Shown: positions 11,237 through 22,702, counted from the stretch's first letter. The stretch: 64,000 nt of DNA from Caulobacteraceae bacterium (GCA_016703335.1 JADJCG010000020.1:14981-78980), one strand, 5' to 3'. Program-made: numbers and translations. Notes: generated by a model from the letters alone, not told the origin.

Positions 11237-12294
11237 GTGACTGATCAAGACATCCTGATGCAAGGCCCCGGCGGCGCCAATGTCGCTGTGGAGACGCTTG
11301 ATCTCATGCGTTTGCACGGCGTGCCGCCGACCAGCGCAAATTACGAAGTTTGGCTGTGCTATCGGCTGAACCGCAACCAAGCCCTTCGTGAGGCGATTGA
11401 TTCGCGCATTGCGTCCGGCGTGGCGTTCACGGGCGAGGACAACGCCCAACTGCACGAACAATTCTTCACTGGCCTCGGCGCCTCAGCGCAAATCCTTCTT
11501 GCCGGCGAAAAGATTGCTCGAGACCTTGGCCACGTTGTCTCGTTCCTCAAGGACGCTGAGACGAAGAGCGGCGATTATGGCCGCACTCTCGAGAACGCGG
11601 CGACTGACCTCAACCGCGGTATGAGGCCCGGACCAAATCCGTCAGGTGGTAGCGAGTCTGGCTGCCGCCACGCTGGACATGGCAAACCACAATCAGACAC
11701 TCAATGAGCAGCTGAAGAAGTCGACAAGCGAAATCGACACGCTGCGCACGAGCCTCGAGTCCGTGCGCATGGAGTCACTGACAGACAGCCTCACTGGCCT
11801 CGCCAACCGCCGCATGTTCGACGAAACACTTCGGATGCGTATTGAAGAGGCAAAGGCGCAGCGCACCGAGCTTTCGCTGCTCTTGTGCGACATCGACTAT
11901 TTTCAAGCGCTTCAACGACACCTGGGGCCATCACACCGGCGACCAGATTTTCCGTTTCCTCGCCAGCGCCCTTCAAGCGCACGCGCGCCCTGATTTCCTT
12001 GTCGCCCGCTATGGCGGAGAAGAGTTTGCTGTCGTGATGCCGCGCATGAGCGCACGTGTCGCCCAGCAGACCGCTGAAGCTATGCGTGAGGCGATCCAGG
12101 CAAAACGCTTGCGCCGTCGCTCCACGAACGAGGACCTCGGCCAAGTTACCGTTTCGATTGGCATCGCGCGCCTGCAGTCTGGCGATACACCTGCTGGCCT
12201 TATCGAACGCGCGGACGCGTGCCTCTATGCGTCCAAGCGCAATGGCCGTAATCAGACGACCACTGACGCCACGCCCGTCCTTTACGTCGCGTAG
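11237..12294 (+). CDS. Diguanylate cyclase (DgcB-like), two frameshifts (~11625, ~11900)
   Basis: PPTSANYEVW N-terminal domain, DSLTGLANRR, DID.FK.FND.WGH..GD, RYGGEEF. Confidence 0.85.
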
Positions 12295-12372
12295 CACTGC
12301 CGCTCCGGCAGCGTATTCCATCGGGCTAAAGTCTGATTACACTGCTCTCGCGCTTATGCGTGGGAGAGAACA

Positions 12373-13155
12373 ATGGCTAAAGCCAAATACGAACTCGAGA
12401 ACGGCGTCGCACTCATCACGCTGTCCGATCCCGCGACCTTGAACGCGATCTCCGTCGAGATGACGGCAGAGCTCGACGTATTCTTCGATCGCGCAGCCAG
12501 CGAAGCGCGATGCATTGTACTGACAGGCGAAGGCCGAGGCTTTTCCTCTGGCGCCAACCTCGCGAGCGGCGCGCCGCCCATGGATGCCGACGGCAAGCCT
12601 GACCTTGGCGGACGGCTCGAAGCGACGTTCAACCCGTTCGTCACCAAGTTGCGCGATCTACCGATCCCGTACGTCACCGCCGTCAATGGCGCTGCTGCCG
12701 GCATCGGCTGCTCGTTCGCCCTCCTCGGTGACATTATCGTTGCAAGCGAGAGCGCGTATTTCCTGCAAGCCTTCCGCCGCATCGGCCTCGTGCCAGATGG
12801 CAGCGCCACCTATCACTTGCCACGCATGATCGGCCGCGTCCGCGCGATGGAGATGATGCTGCTCGGTGAAAAGATTCACGCCAAGCAAGCCTACGATTGG
12901 GGCTTGGTGAACCGCTGCGTGCCGGATGCAGAGCTTCTGCCAACGGCGAGGGCGCTTGCTCTTGAACTCGCCAGCGGCCCCACCAAGACACTCGGCATGA
13001 TCCGTCGCCTCGCTTGGTCGTCACTCGACAATAACTGGGACGAACAATTGAACGCCGAGCGCCACGCGCAAAAGATCGCAGGCCGCACCGAAGATTTCCG
13101 CGAAGGCGTGCAAGCCTTCTTCCAGAAGCGCCCTGCCGAATTCAAGGGCAGCTAA
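12373..13155 (+). CDS. Enoyl-CoA hydratase/isomerase (PaaG-like)
   Basis: FSSGANL, AVNGAAAGIG, IGLVPDG. Confidence 0.88.
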   Translation: MAKAKYELENGVALITLSDPATLNAISVEMTAELDVFFDRAASEARCIVLTGEGRGFSSGANLASGAPPMDADGKPDLGGRLEATFNPFVTKLRDLPIPYVTAVNGAAAGIGCSFALLGDIIVASESAYFLQAFRRIGLVPDGSATYHLPRMIGRVRAMEMMLLGEKIHAKQAYDWGLVNRCVPDAELLPTARALALELASGPTKTLGMIRRLAWSSLDNNWDEQLNAERHAQKIAGRTEDFREGVQAFFQKRPAEFKGS

Positions 13156-13592
13156 CGCCTCGCCTTCTTCGCCGGCCTCTTCTTCACAGTCTTCGCTCCC
13201 TTAGGCGCAGCCCTGGCGACGCTCTTACTTTTCTTCTGCGGCTTGGCCGCAGCTTTCGCTTTCGCGATCTTCAACGCCTTGCGGGCCCAGCCGACCGCCT
13301 CGTCCGGATCATCCAACGCGCTTTCCGGCAAACGCCAATAACCGAGATCAATCGTCTCGCCAGCACGCGGGCCGCTTCGCGGCGTCCACTCGAAAGGGCC
13401 GGAACCCTCCTCGCGCAGTTCCGCCTTCAGCGCTTCGTCAGTCTTGATGTGAATGGTGTCGTTGCCGAGCAGCAGAAACATCACGCCATCCGCGTAACCG
13501 CCCGCCCCGCCGAACATGCGCTTGATCTGAACAGGGCCAACACCAGCGAACAGCTCCTTCACGTATTCGTGGAAGCTGTTGTCGGTCGGCAT
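13152..13592 (-). CDS. TfoX/Sxy N-terminal domain protein
   Basis: KRMFGGAG, YWRLPE..LDDPDE...WA. Confidence 0.85.
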   Translation of the reverse strand: MPTDNSFHEYVKELFAGVGPVQIKRMFGGAGGYADGVMFLLLGNDTIHIKTDEALKAELREEGSGPFEWTPRSGPRAGETIDLGYWRLPESALDDPDEAVGWARKALKIAKAKAAAKPQKKSKSVARAAPKGAKTVKKRPAKKARR

Positions 13593-13955
13593 TACGCCTC
13601 GGCCTTGGCCGGCACGATGGTGACGCTCTCGCCACAGCCGCACGCGTCTGTCTGGTTCGGATTGCGGAACACGAATTTCGACGCCAGCCGTGTCGTCTCG
13701 TAGTCGATCTCGGAGCCGAGCAAGAACAGCAAGGCATCAGCGGCGACAAGAATCTTCACTTCCCTTGTCTTCCACCAACTCATCGAACTGCGCAGGCCCT
13801 GCAGCGTAATCGAGCGTGTATTCCATTCCGGCGCAGCCGCCGTTCACAACGCCCACGCGCAGATACGGCTTATCGCCCTTCGCCACGATCTCCTTCACGC
13901 GCGCTGCGGCAGCGTCAGTGAGCGTTACGATCTTTGGTCTCGGTCTACGCGTCAT
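13592..13955 (-). CDS. sufA: Fe-S cluster A-type carrier (SufA/IscA), frameshifted ~13760
   Basis: GGCAG in the first frame, NPNQTDACGCGES in the second. Confidence 0.88.
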
Positions 13956-13958
13956 CGC

Positions 13959-14312
13959 CTACAACATGTTCAGTTCGAGCTTGGCTTCGTCGCTCATGCG
14001 CGCCGTCGTCCAAGGCGGTTCGAACACCAAATCTACTTTCGCGCCGGTTACGCCTTTGACCTTGCGCGCTGCGGTCTCAACCCAGCCCGGCATTTCACCA
14101 GCAACCGGACAACCAGGCGCCGTCAAAGTCATCTCGATATCAACGAAACCTTCGTCGTTGATATCGACCTTATAGATGAGCCCGAGTTCATAGACATCAA
14201 CCGGGATTTCCGGATCGAACACGGTTTTGAACTGCGCCACCAGATCATCGGTGATGCGATCAAGCTCGGCCTTCGGCAGAGCGCTCGGCGGGGGAACGGA
14301 ACCGTCCATCAT
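13959..14312 (-). CDS. sufT: SUF system Fe-S assembly protein (DUF59/SufT)
   Basis: DPEIPVDVYELGLIY, TLTAPGCP, EPPW. Confidence 0.88.
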   Translation of the reverse strand: MMDGSVPPPSALPKAELDRITDDLVAQFKTVFDPEIPVDVYELGLIYKVDINDEGFVDIEMTLTAPGCPVAGEMPGWVETAARKVKGVTGAKVDLVFEPPWTTARMSDEAKLELNML

Positions 14313-14315
14313 CCT

Positions 14316-15548
14316 CTAACTCAGGAGCTTCCGCGCCTTATGCAAGGCCTCGACCAGCGCATCGACCTCTTCAAGACGATTATAGCACGCAAAACTCGCA
14401 CGCGCTGTTGCGGTAACGCCGAGACGCTGCATCAGAGGTTGCGCGCAATGATGGCCGGCGCGGATGGCGACACCCTGCCGATCCAGTATCTGCGCCACGT
14501 CGTGCGGGTGCGCGCCTTCAACTGAGAACGCGACGATAGCACCTTTGTCCGCGGCAGCGCCGTGCAGCTTCACCCAGTTTAGTTCGCGCAACGCACTCAT
14601 CGCGCGATCACGCAGCGCACCCTCGTGTGCTTCAATGGCGGCGCGATCCTGGCTCTCGATCCAATCGATGGCTGCCTTCAGGCCAACCGCTTCGATGATA
14701 GGCGGCGTGCCGGCTTCGAAGCGATGCGGCGGTTCATTGTAAGTAATGCGCTCGCGTTCAACGACGTCGATCATCTCGCCGCCGCCTTCGAATGGCTGCA
14801 TCGCCGCCAACAGATCGCGCTTGCCGTAAAGCACGCCAATACCAGTCGGGCCGTAGAGCTTGTGACCAGTAAACACGTAGAAGTCGGCATCAATCGCCTG
14901 AACATCGACCTGCCCATGCACAGTCGCCTGACAACCATCGAAGAGCACTTTCACGCCCCTGGCGTGCGCGATGCGCGCGATGTCCGCTGCCGGCGTCTTA
15001 GCGCCAAGCACATTGGACATGTGCGTGATCGCGACCAGTTTCGTCTTCGGCCCGATCAGCGCATCGAGCGCCGCCAGATCGATGCCGCCATCATCGTCGA
15101 TATCGAGCCATCTCAGCACCGCGCCTTTGCGCTCGCGCAGGAAGTGCCAAGGCACGATGTTAGAGTGGTGCTCCATCACCGACAGCACGATCTCATCGCC
15201 CGGTTCTACGTCGAGGCCAGCCGCCACGATGTTGATCGCGTGCGTACCGCCCTTGGTGAAGATGATGCTATCAGTCGTCGGTGCGTTGATGAAGCGCGCA
15301 ACAGTGCTCCGCGCCGCCTCAAATGCCTCTGTGGTCTCGTTCGCCAGCGTGTGCAGCCCGCGGTGAACGTTCGCGTACGCGCCGCGCATCTGCGCGGCCA
15401 TCGCTTCGATCACCGCTTCAGGCTTCTGGGCACTCGCGGCGTTGTCCAGATAAACAAGCGCGTGATCGTTCACCGAACGCCCAAGGATCGCGAATTGCGC
15501 GCGAACGGCGTCTACATCAAACGGTCGGTGGAATAGAGGCGCATTCAT
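14316..15548 (-). CDS. sufS: Cysteine desulfurase SufS
   Basis: YLDNAASAQKP, TGHKLYGPTG, RAGHHCAQP. Confidence 0.95.
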   Translation of the reverse strand: MNAPLFHRPFDVDAVRAQFAILGRSVNDHALVYLDNAASAQKPEAVIEAMAAQMRGAYANVHRGLHTLANETTEAFEAARSTVARFINAPTTDSIIFTKGGTHAINIVAAGLDVEPGDEIVLSVMEHHSNIVPWHFLRERKGAVLRWLDIDDDGGIDLAALDALIGPKTKLVAITHMSNVLGAKTPAADIARIAHARGVKVLFDGCQATVHGQVDVQAIDADFYVFTGHKLYGPTGIGVLYGKRDLLAAMQPFEGGGEMIDVVERERITYNEPPHRFEAGTPPIIEAVGLKAAIDWIESQDRAAIEAHEGALRDRAMSALRELNWVKLHGAAADKGAIVAFSVEGAHPHDVAQILDRQGVAIRAGHHCAQPLMQRLGVTATARASFACYNRLEEVDALVEALHKARKLLS

Positions 15549-16449
15549 AGCATGCCCTCCTCATCGGTCTCTGCGGACAGCGGAGGATTGCCGGTCGCCA
15601 GCCAAGTCTGCATCGCGGCGATCAACTCATCGCGCAGCGCTTCCGGCAATCCATCGGGTGCTGTCTCCGCCAGGAACGCCTGGATTAGCAACCACCGCGC
15701 CTCACCCTCGGGAATGCCGCGCGAGCGCATGTAGAACAGCGCGCGCTCATCCAGGCCCCCGCGGTGTTGCCGTGGGCGCACTGAACATCATCGGCATGGA
15801 TCATCAGCTCGGGCTTGGCGAAAATCTCGGCGCCGTCTTCGAGCAAAAGGCCTCGGTGATGCTGTCGCGCGTCCGTCTTCTGTGCGGCGCGCTCAACGAC
15901 GATCTTGCCCTGAAACACGCCGCGACCGCCCTTACGCGCGACGCCCTTGATGAGCTGGCGCGTTACAGCGCCGGGCGCTTTGTGCTCGATCACCGATGTG
16001 AGATCGGCATGACGACCGGCGCCGACTAGATAAGCGCCGTTCATTGTTACTTCGACGCCCTCGCCCTCAACCGTCACATGCGTTTCAATCCGCGCTAGCC
16101 GTGCGCCGAAACAGAGCACATATTGCGTGTACTTCGCGCCAGCGGCCAAACGCACGCGCGTGACCGAGAGCGGAAGTTCTTTGCCGGTTTGGATCACAAC
16201 GCGCGTTAGCTCGGCGTTTTCAGCAACAGTCCAATCGAACGACCGCGCGTCCATGTACCGATCATCGGTCATACGCTCGACGAAGAGGTGCTTGGTGCTG
16301 GCCTCCAGGCGCTGCGTACCCGGCGCCAAGCGTTCGATGATATCCCGCCCTTCGCGCAGCACATGGCGTTCGTCGCCAACTGCCTGACGAAGATCGGAGT
16401 ACTTCCACGCCTCGTTGCGACGTGTCGGGAGTTCGGCGGCGATGCTCAC
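15545..16449 (-). CDS. sufD: Fe-S assembly protein SufD (frameshift ~15765)
   Basis: LPTRRNEAWKYSDL, KPELMIHADDVQCAHG, FYMRSRGI. Confidence 0.9.
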
Positions 16450-17192
16450 GCCGCTCTCACATATGTGTCGTAGCCGTCGCGCTCGAGTTCGAGCGCCAAC
16501 TCCGGCCCGCCACTCGTAATGATGCGGCCTTTGGCGAGGATGTGAACGCGGTCGGGTTTGATGTAGTCCAGCAGACGCTGATAGTGCGTGATCACCAACA
16601 GGCCGCGATCCGGCGCGCGGGCGCCATTTACGCTTGCAGCAACAATCTTCAAAGCATCAATGTCGAGACCAGAATCCGTCTCATCCAAGATGGCGAACTT
16701 CGGCTCAAGCACAGCGAGCTGCAGCGCCTCGAAGCGCTTCTTCTCGCCACCGGAGAAGCCGACATTGAGCGGACGCTTCAGCATCTCCTGATCGATCTTC
16801 AGCGCCTCGGCCTTCGCACGAAGGAGCTTCAACAATTCGGGCGCCGGCACAGGCTCCTGCCCACGCGCCTTGCGCTGAGCGTTGAGCGCGGCCTTCAGAA
16901 ACGCAATCGCCGAAAGACCCGGAATTTCCACCGGATATTGGAACGACAAAAACAAACCTGCAGACGCGCGCGCCTCTGGCTCCAACGCCAGAAGATCCAC
17001 ACCGCCGAGCGTGGCAGAGCCGCTCGTCACTTCGTAATTGTCGCGACCCGCAAGCGCGTAGGAGAGCGTCGACTTGCCAGAACCGTTCGGACCCATAATC
17101 GCGTGCGTCTCACCCGCGGGTACGGAGAGCGTGAGGCCTTTGATGATCTCAGCGTCGCCGACAGCGACATGGAGGTCTTTAACGTCAAACAC
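16446..17192 (-). CDS. sufC: Fe-S assembly ATPase SufC
   Basis: GPNGSGKST, GFSGGEKKR, LDETDSGLDID. Confidence 0.97.
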   Translation of the reverse strand: MFDVKDLHVAVGDAEIIKGLTLSVPAGETHAIMGPNGSGKSTLSYALAGRDNYEVTSGSATLGGVDLLALEPEARASAGLFLSFQYPVEIPGLSAIAFLKAALNAQRKARGQEPVPAPELLKLLRAKAEALKIDQEMLKRPLNVGFSGGEKKRFEALQLAVLEPKFAILDETDSGLDIDALKIVAASVNGARAPDRGLLVITHYQRLLDYIKPDRVHILAKGRIITSGGPELALELERDGYDTYVRAA

Positions 17193-17481
17193 GCTGCTGC
17201 TTGTCCTTCTTGTAGTCCTCCACCGTGCGTATCGGGTCGCCGTTCAATTTCGCAGTCATCGTGAACCACACGCCCGCGAGTAGGCAGACGATCGCGAACA
17301 CGATGATGCCTTCGAACATGTCGTCGTTCGCGCCCAGCCACGCGAACGCCACGGCGCCGCCTGTCAACGCCGACACGAAGATGAGCGACACCAGATAGCC
17401 CTTCCAATGGATTGGCGCGATTGCCTGGCGGCGGTCCTTCAGCGGGTGGCGGCGCGCAAACCAATATTCGCGTTGGCTCAT
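17185..17481 (-). CDS. Small two-TM hypothetical membrane protein
   Basis: YWF..., PIHWKG, two hydrophobic segments; overlaps neighbours. Confidence 0.65.
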   Translation of the reverse strand: MSQREYWFARRHPLKDRRQAIAPIHWKGYLVSLIFVSALTGGAVAFAWLGANDDMFEGIIVFAIVCLLAGVWFTMTAKLNGDPIRTVEDYKKDKQQRV

Positions 17482-17971
17482 GGGCAAAGCCCCGCCGTCC
17501 ATTGACCCGCTTCGCCACCGCGCGCGCATTGCGTGCGACGATAGGCGTTCACCGGAAACCAGCCATCGGCCTCACGCCGAAACTCAATGCGGACGTGGCC
17601 GCCGGAAACCGCGTCATCTTGCAACCCAGTGCGCACGACGTCAGCGATCGCCTGATCACCATTCTCGCGCACGAAAGGCTAACATCAGCACCTTCCATGA
17701 CTTCCGGTCCAAGCAGCGGCTCAAGCGCTTCCATCACCGCAGGTGCGCCAAATACGCCAACTTCGCTCGGCTCAATCGCAGTAAATGCATCATTGGGCGC
17801 GCCAAGAAGCAAAGCATCGACCGGCGGGATTTCGGCGCGCGGTGCATCAGTGGTTTCAGACGGCGCATCGATGCTCGGTGTCGAGCCTTCGGCTTCACGG
17901 TCCGGCGGTTGTTGGTCGCACGCAGCAAGTGCGATGACGCACGCAGCCACAGCATAACGCCACACGCTCAT
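17478..17971 (-). CDS. Hypothetical lipoprotein (frameshift ~17670)
   Basis: Lipobox LAAC; continuation in the 17478-17672 frame (GLQDDAVSG...W...CARG). Confidence 0.6.
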
Positions 17972-19455
17972 CCAACGCTCCCTTCGAGGCTGACTTCCAG
18001 CAATTTCTGCGCTTCGACCGCAAATTCCATCGGCAGCTTCTGCAAGACTTCCCGCACGAAGCCGTTCACCAGCAACGCGACCGCTTCCTCTTCAGGGATT
18101 CCGCGCGAGCGTAGGTAGAAGAGCTGATCGTCAGAGAGCTTAGTCGTGGTCGCCTCGTGCTCGAACTGCGCATCGGGCGTACGGGTTTCGACATACGGCA
18201 CAGTGTGAGCCGCGCACTGATCGCCGATTAGAAGCGAGTCACACTGCGTGAAGTTACGCGCGCCCTTAGCCTTCGCGTGGGCAGAGACGAGGCCGCGGTA
18301 GGCGTTGGACGACCGACCAGCAGAGATGCCCTTCGAGATGATGCGCGAGCGGGTGTTCTTGCCCAAATGGATCATCTTGGTGCCAGTGTCGGCTTGCTGG
18401 CGCCCGTTGGCGACGGCGATCGAGTAGAACTCGCCTGAGCTATCGTCGCCGCGCAACACGCAACTCGGATATTTCCAGGTGATCGCCGAGCCGGTCTCCA
18501 CCTGCGTCCAGCTGATTTTCGAGCGCGCACCACGGCAGTCGCCACGCTTGGTGACGAAGTTATAGATGCCGCCTTTGCCTTCGGAATCGCCAGGCCACCA
18601 ATTCTGCACGGTGGAGTATTTGATCTCCGCATCGTCAAGCGCGACGAGTTCTACCACGGCCGCATGCAGCTGGTTTTCATCGCGCATCGGCGCGGTGCAC
18701 CCTTCAAGGTAGGACACGTAAGCGCCCTTGTCAGCGATGATCAGGGTGCGTTCGAACTGGCCGGTGCCTTCCGCATTCATACGGAAATAGGTGCTTAGCT
18801 CCATCGGGCAGCGCACGCCCGGCGGCACATAGACGAACGAGCCGTCGGAGAAGACTGCGCTATTGAGCGTCGCGAAGAAATTGTCGGACGTCGGCACAAC
18901 TGAGCCGAGATACTTCTTCACCAGCTCCGGATGCTCGCGCACCGCCTCGCTCATCGAGCAGAAGATGACGCCCGCCTCGGCCAGCTCCTTCTTGAAGGTG
19001 GTGACGACCGAGACGCTGTCGAACACCGCGTCCACCGCGACGCGCGGCGCGCCTTCGACACCGAGCAAAACCTCGGCTTCCCTCAGAGGTATGCCGAGCT
19101 TCTTGTAGGTATCGAGAATTTCACGATCGACATCCTCAAGGCTTTTGTACTTCGCGCCAGCCTTCGGCGCCGCATAATAACGCGCGGCTTGGTAGTCGAT
19201 CGGCGGGTAGTGGACGAGCGCCCATGTCGGCTCTTCGATGGTCTGCCAGCGCTGAAACGCGTCTAGGCGCCATTGCAGCATCCACTCCGGCTCGCCCTTC
19301 TTGGCCGAGATATAGCGGACGATATCTTCGTTGAGCCCCGGTGGCGCGAACTCTTGCTCTAAGTTGGTGACGAAGCCGTGCTTGTACTTCTCCGCTTCCA
19401 GCGCACGCGTCGCGGCGACGGTGCCCTTGTCGATCGTGTCCTTCACCGCGCTCAT
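17968..19455 (-). CDS. sufB: Fe-S assembly protein SufB
   Basis: [39 protein letters not shown]-terminus. Confidence 0.97.
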   Translation of the reverse strand: MSAVKDTIDKGTVAATRALEAEKYKHGFVTNLEQEFAPPGLNEDIVRYISAKKGEPEWMLQWRLDAFQRWQTIEEPTWALVHYPPIDYQAARYYAAPKAGAKYKSLEDVDREILDTYKKLGIPLREAEVLLGVEGAPRVAVDAVFDSVSVVTTFKKELAEAGVIFCSMSEAVREHPELVKKYLGSVVPTSDNFFATLNSAVFSDGSFVYVPPGVRCPMELSTYFRMNAEGTGQFERTLIIADKGAYVSYLEGCTAPMRDENQLHAAVVELVALDDAEIKYSTVQNWWPGDSEGKGGIYNFVTKRGDCRGARSKISWTQVETGSAITWKYPSCVLRGDDSSGEFYSIAVANGRQQADTGTKMIHLGKNTRSRIISKGISAGRSSNAYRGLVSAHAKAKGARNFTQCDSLLIGDQCAAHTVPYVETRTPDAQFEHEATTTKLSDDQLFYLRSRGIPEEEAVALLVNGFVREVLQKLPMEFAVEAQKLLEVSLEGSVG

Positions 19456-20641
19456 GCTGCAGCCTCGCGGTTGCGGCGCGCGGCGACTTTCGTCAGCGCA
19501 TTGAGCGCTTCATCGACGTCGCTGTCCTTTGACTCGTGACCGAAGCTCACACGCAGGGCGGCCTTGGCCAGATCTGGCGGCACGCTCATAGAGCTAAGAA
19601 CGCGGCTAGAGCGCACTTTTCCGGAAGAGCACGCAGCGCCTGAGCTGATCGCCACACCTTCGAGATCCATCGCGATCACTGCCGTTTCCGCCGCCAAACC
19701 AGGCAGCGAGAAGTTCGACGTGTTCGGCAGGCGCGGCGCGTCGGCGCCGAACACAATTGCGTCCTTAGGCAAAGCGGCTTCGAAGCGATCACGCATCGCG
19801 GTCACGCGCGCTGCTTCAGCACCGAGATCCTTCAATGCCCACTCGACCGCTGTCGCGAAGCCCACCAAAGCGGCCCCGTTCTCCGTGCCGGGACGACGGC
19901 CGCGTTCTTGTCCGCCGCCGAAGCGGGTCGTCACGAACGGCGCGCCAGGCGCAAGGATCAATGCGCCAGCGCCCGGCGGGCCGCCAAGCTTGTGACTGGA
20001 GACGACCAAATACGTCGCGTCGAGATCTGCGATGCTGACGGGAATACGGCCGAAGGCTTGTGCAGCATCCACAAGCAACAACGCGCCATGTTCACGGCAA
20101 AGCGCGGCGACCTTTGATATCGGTTGAATGACTCCTGTCTCGTTGTTCGCGAGCTGGACGACGACGAGAGCAGGCCTTTCCGCCGCGCGGCCGATTGCTA
20201 CAAGCGTTTCCGAGATCGACCAAACCGCTGGTCGACAATGGCGCGCGCGCGATGAACCGCTGCCGCCCCTTCGAAAAGCGCGTCGTGTTCACGTTCCGCA
20301 ACAATCAGAGAAGGAGGTGGAAGCGGGTCCAGAGCATCGAGATCATGCTGGCTCACAGGCGCGCGCAGACGAGCTTGGTTCGCGTAGCTATCGAACGTAT
20401 CCAGCACCAAGTGCAGCGCTTCCGTGGCCCCGGACGTGAACAACACGTTCTCCGCGCTCGCATCCAGCGCGCCGGCGATCCGCTCGCGCGCGTCTTCGAT
20501 CATCGCGCGCATGCGGCGTCCGACACTATGCACCGAAGAGGCATTGCCGCCTGCCGCGAGCGCGCGCGACATCGCCACGGCCGCTTCGGCGCGGATCGGC
20601 GCGCCGGCGTTGTAATCACAATAAACGGGCGTCTTCGTCAT
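19452..20641 (-). CDS. iscS: Cysteine desulfurase IscS/NifS family (several frameshifts ~20190-20270)
   Basis: [41 protein letters not shown]. Confidence 0.85.
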
Positions 20642-20645
20642 CAAA

Positions 20646-21089
20646 CTATTCCGCAGCGACCTGTGCGCTGCCATCGAAGCGTTGTTCGAGCACATCGGCG
20701 AGAGAAACCGAGCCGAGGAAAACTTGGATGCGGTCACCCATTTCTTGCCAGAGACCATGCGCGATGCAGCGGCCGTTGCGGCCGATGCAGCTTTTGGATG
20801 ACGCAGAGTCGCAGCGCGTGGCCTTGATCGGCTCGTTTACGGCTTCGATGATCTCGGCCACCGTCACCAAACCCGCATCGCGCGACAAGCGATAGCCACC
20901 CCCCGGTCCGCGCACGCCGGACACTAGGCCGGCGCGGCGCATCTTCGCGAACAGCTGTTCGAGATAGGACAGCGAAATCTCCTGCCGGCGCGCCACTTCC
21001 TGCAGCGGCACGGCCCGGTCAGCGCCGCCGTGCAGCGCCAGATCGGCCATCGCCATCACCGCATAGCGGCCTTTCGACGTTAAACGCAT
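20646..21089 (-). CDS. iscR: Rrf2-family regulator (IscR-like)
   Basis: MRLTSKGRYAV, YLEQLF, RGPGGGY, three Cys plus His. Confidence 0.88.
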   Translation of the reverse strand: MRLTSKGRYAVMAMADLALHGGADRAVPLQEVARRQEISLSYLEQLFAKMRRAGLVSGVRGPGGGYRLSRDAGLVTVAEIIEAVNEPIKATRCDSASSKSCIGRNGRCIAHGLWQEMGDRIQVFLGSVSLADVLEQRFDGSAQVAAE

Positions 21090-21246
21090 ACCTGTCCCTT
21101 CCCGCGCCCTCGCCCGCCCCCAAATTGAGTGCTAGAAGCCGCCCCCTTTGGGGCCGGGCCTCTTACGCTGTCAGCTAAGATACCCGAGTGTTTTAGTCAA
21201 GAATTAGCCGTCCAGAGTTCCTGCGGCGGTTGGGGTCGAAAAACGA

Positions 21247-21932
21247 ATGCCGGAAGTGATTTTCCCGGGCGCCGCAGGGCGCGTGGAAGGCCGTTATCAA
21301 GAACCGTCGAAGGAAGGCGCACCGATCGCGCTCATCCTTCACGGCCACCCCCGCGCCGGTGGGTCGATGCAGGATCGCGTTACCGTCCAGCTCTATAAGC
21401 TCTTTACCTCCAAGGGCTTCGGCGTTCTGCGCTTCAACTTCCGCGGCATTGGCCGCAGCCAAGGCATCTTCGACAACGGCATGGGAGAATTGTCCGACGC
21501 TGCCTCGGCTCTCGACTATCTGCAAGCGATGAACCCGAACGCCGAGCAATGCTGGGTTGCGGGTATTCATTCGGCGCGTGGATCGGCCTGCAGTTGCTGA
21601 TGCGCCGCCCCGAAATCGACGGTTTCATCGCAGTGGCGCCGCCAGCGAACCACTACGACCTTTCGTTCCTGGCGCCATGTCCGGCCTCCGGCGTCATCAT
21701 CTATGGCACGCGCGATAGCGTGACGACGGCACAGGATATGGAGCGCGTGATCGGACGCATCCGCACACAGAAGAATATTAAGGTCGATGGCGCGCCGATC
21801 GAAGGCGCCGATCACTTCTTCCGTGGTCGCGACCCAGGTGAGGATCACCTCGAAGAAGTGGAACGGCACGCGCGCGAATATTTGGAACGGCGCCTCGCCG
21901 CGCCGCCCCGTCCGCCGACCTCTAAGCGCTAA
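21247..21932 (+). CDS. Alpha/beta hydrolase divergent from iscR (frameshift ~21560)
   Basis: H.HP..GG.M, RFNFRGIG.S.G, GYSFG, GADHFF. Confidence 0.88.
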
Positions 21933-22003
21933 TTACTCGCCGGAGCTTCCGCCGCCGCCACCGCCACGCGGAGGAATGCGGGCTTCGGACCATCTGAAAA
22001 GCC

Positions 22004-22702
22004 TTAGCGGCCGCCAGAATCGCGATCTTCGCGGGGCTGGCGTTCGCGCCGCGGCTCACGTGGTTCGCGTGCTTCGCCTTCAGCCCTCGGCTGACGTGGC
22101 TCACGCGCTTCACGAGGCTCACGGGGTTCGCGTTGTTCACGAGGCTCGCCACCTTCAGTGCGGTCACCGCGCGGCTCACCTTCGCGGGCCTCGTAACCTC
22201 CGCCTTCGCGCTCGCCCTCAGGACGGAAGCGGCGACGGTTGCGGCCGCGGCGCTGGCCATCACCGCCACCTTCGCGGTTTTGTTGTTGGCGTTCGCCTTG
22301 AAACTCGCCGGCTGGTTGCTCTTCACCTTCGGCGCGGACTTCGGTTTCGTCTGAGCCTTCGCTCTCCGAACCACCCTCTTCGTCGCCCTCGTACTCGCCG
22401 TCGTTGAAGTTTTGTTGCTGCTGCACGGGCACTGCGGGCTGCATCGAGCGCACGAGCCGGAAATAGTGATCGGCGTGCTGCATGTAGTTCTCGCTCAACA
22501 CCCGGTCGCCAGAGCTTTGCGAGTCGCGCGCGAGCTGAAGATAACGCTCATAGATGTACGCGGCGATGCCGCGGAATTTGGTGTCCGGACCGTTGGTCTC
22601 GAGCTGACGGTTCGGGTGCTGATGCCCGCCCTGGTTGTTGTGGCTGTGGTAATTACCACCACCGCCGCCCGGCTTACGGCCGCGGCCCCGCTGACGCTTC
22701 AT
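22004..22702 (-). CDS. DUF4167 domain protein with R/E/P-rich disordered tail (probably extends to ~21933)
   Basis: TNGPD.K.RG....YERY.QLARD..SSGDRV..ENY.QHADHY.R; follows prmC. Confidence 0.88.
   Translation of the reverse strand: MKRQRGRGRKPGGGGGNYHSHNNQGGHQHPNRQLETNGPDTKFRGIAAYIYERYLQLARDSQSSGDRVLSENYMQHADHYFRLVRSMQPAVPVQQQQNFNDGEYEGDEEGGSESEGSDETEVRAEGEEQPAGEFQGERQQQNREGGGDGQRRGRNRRRFRPEGEREGGGYEAREGEPRGDRTEGGEPREQREPREPREAREPRQPRAEGEAREPREPRRERQPREDRDSGGR

Noticed and set aside
22010-22230. Short tandem repeats resembling a repeat array or CRISPR
   Set aside because: These are codon-level repeats of the EPR-rich disordered tail of DUF4167; there is no repeat-spacer structure and no cas genes.
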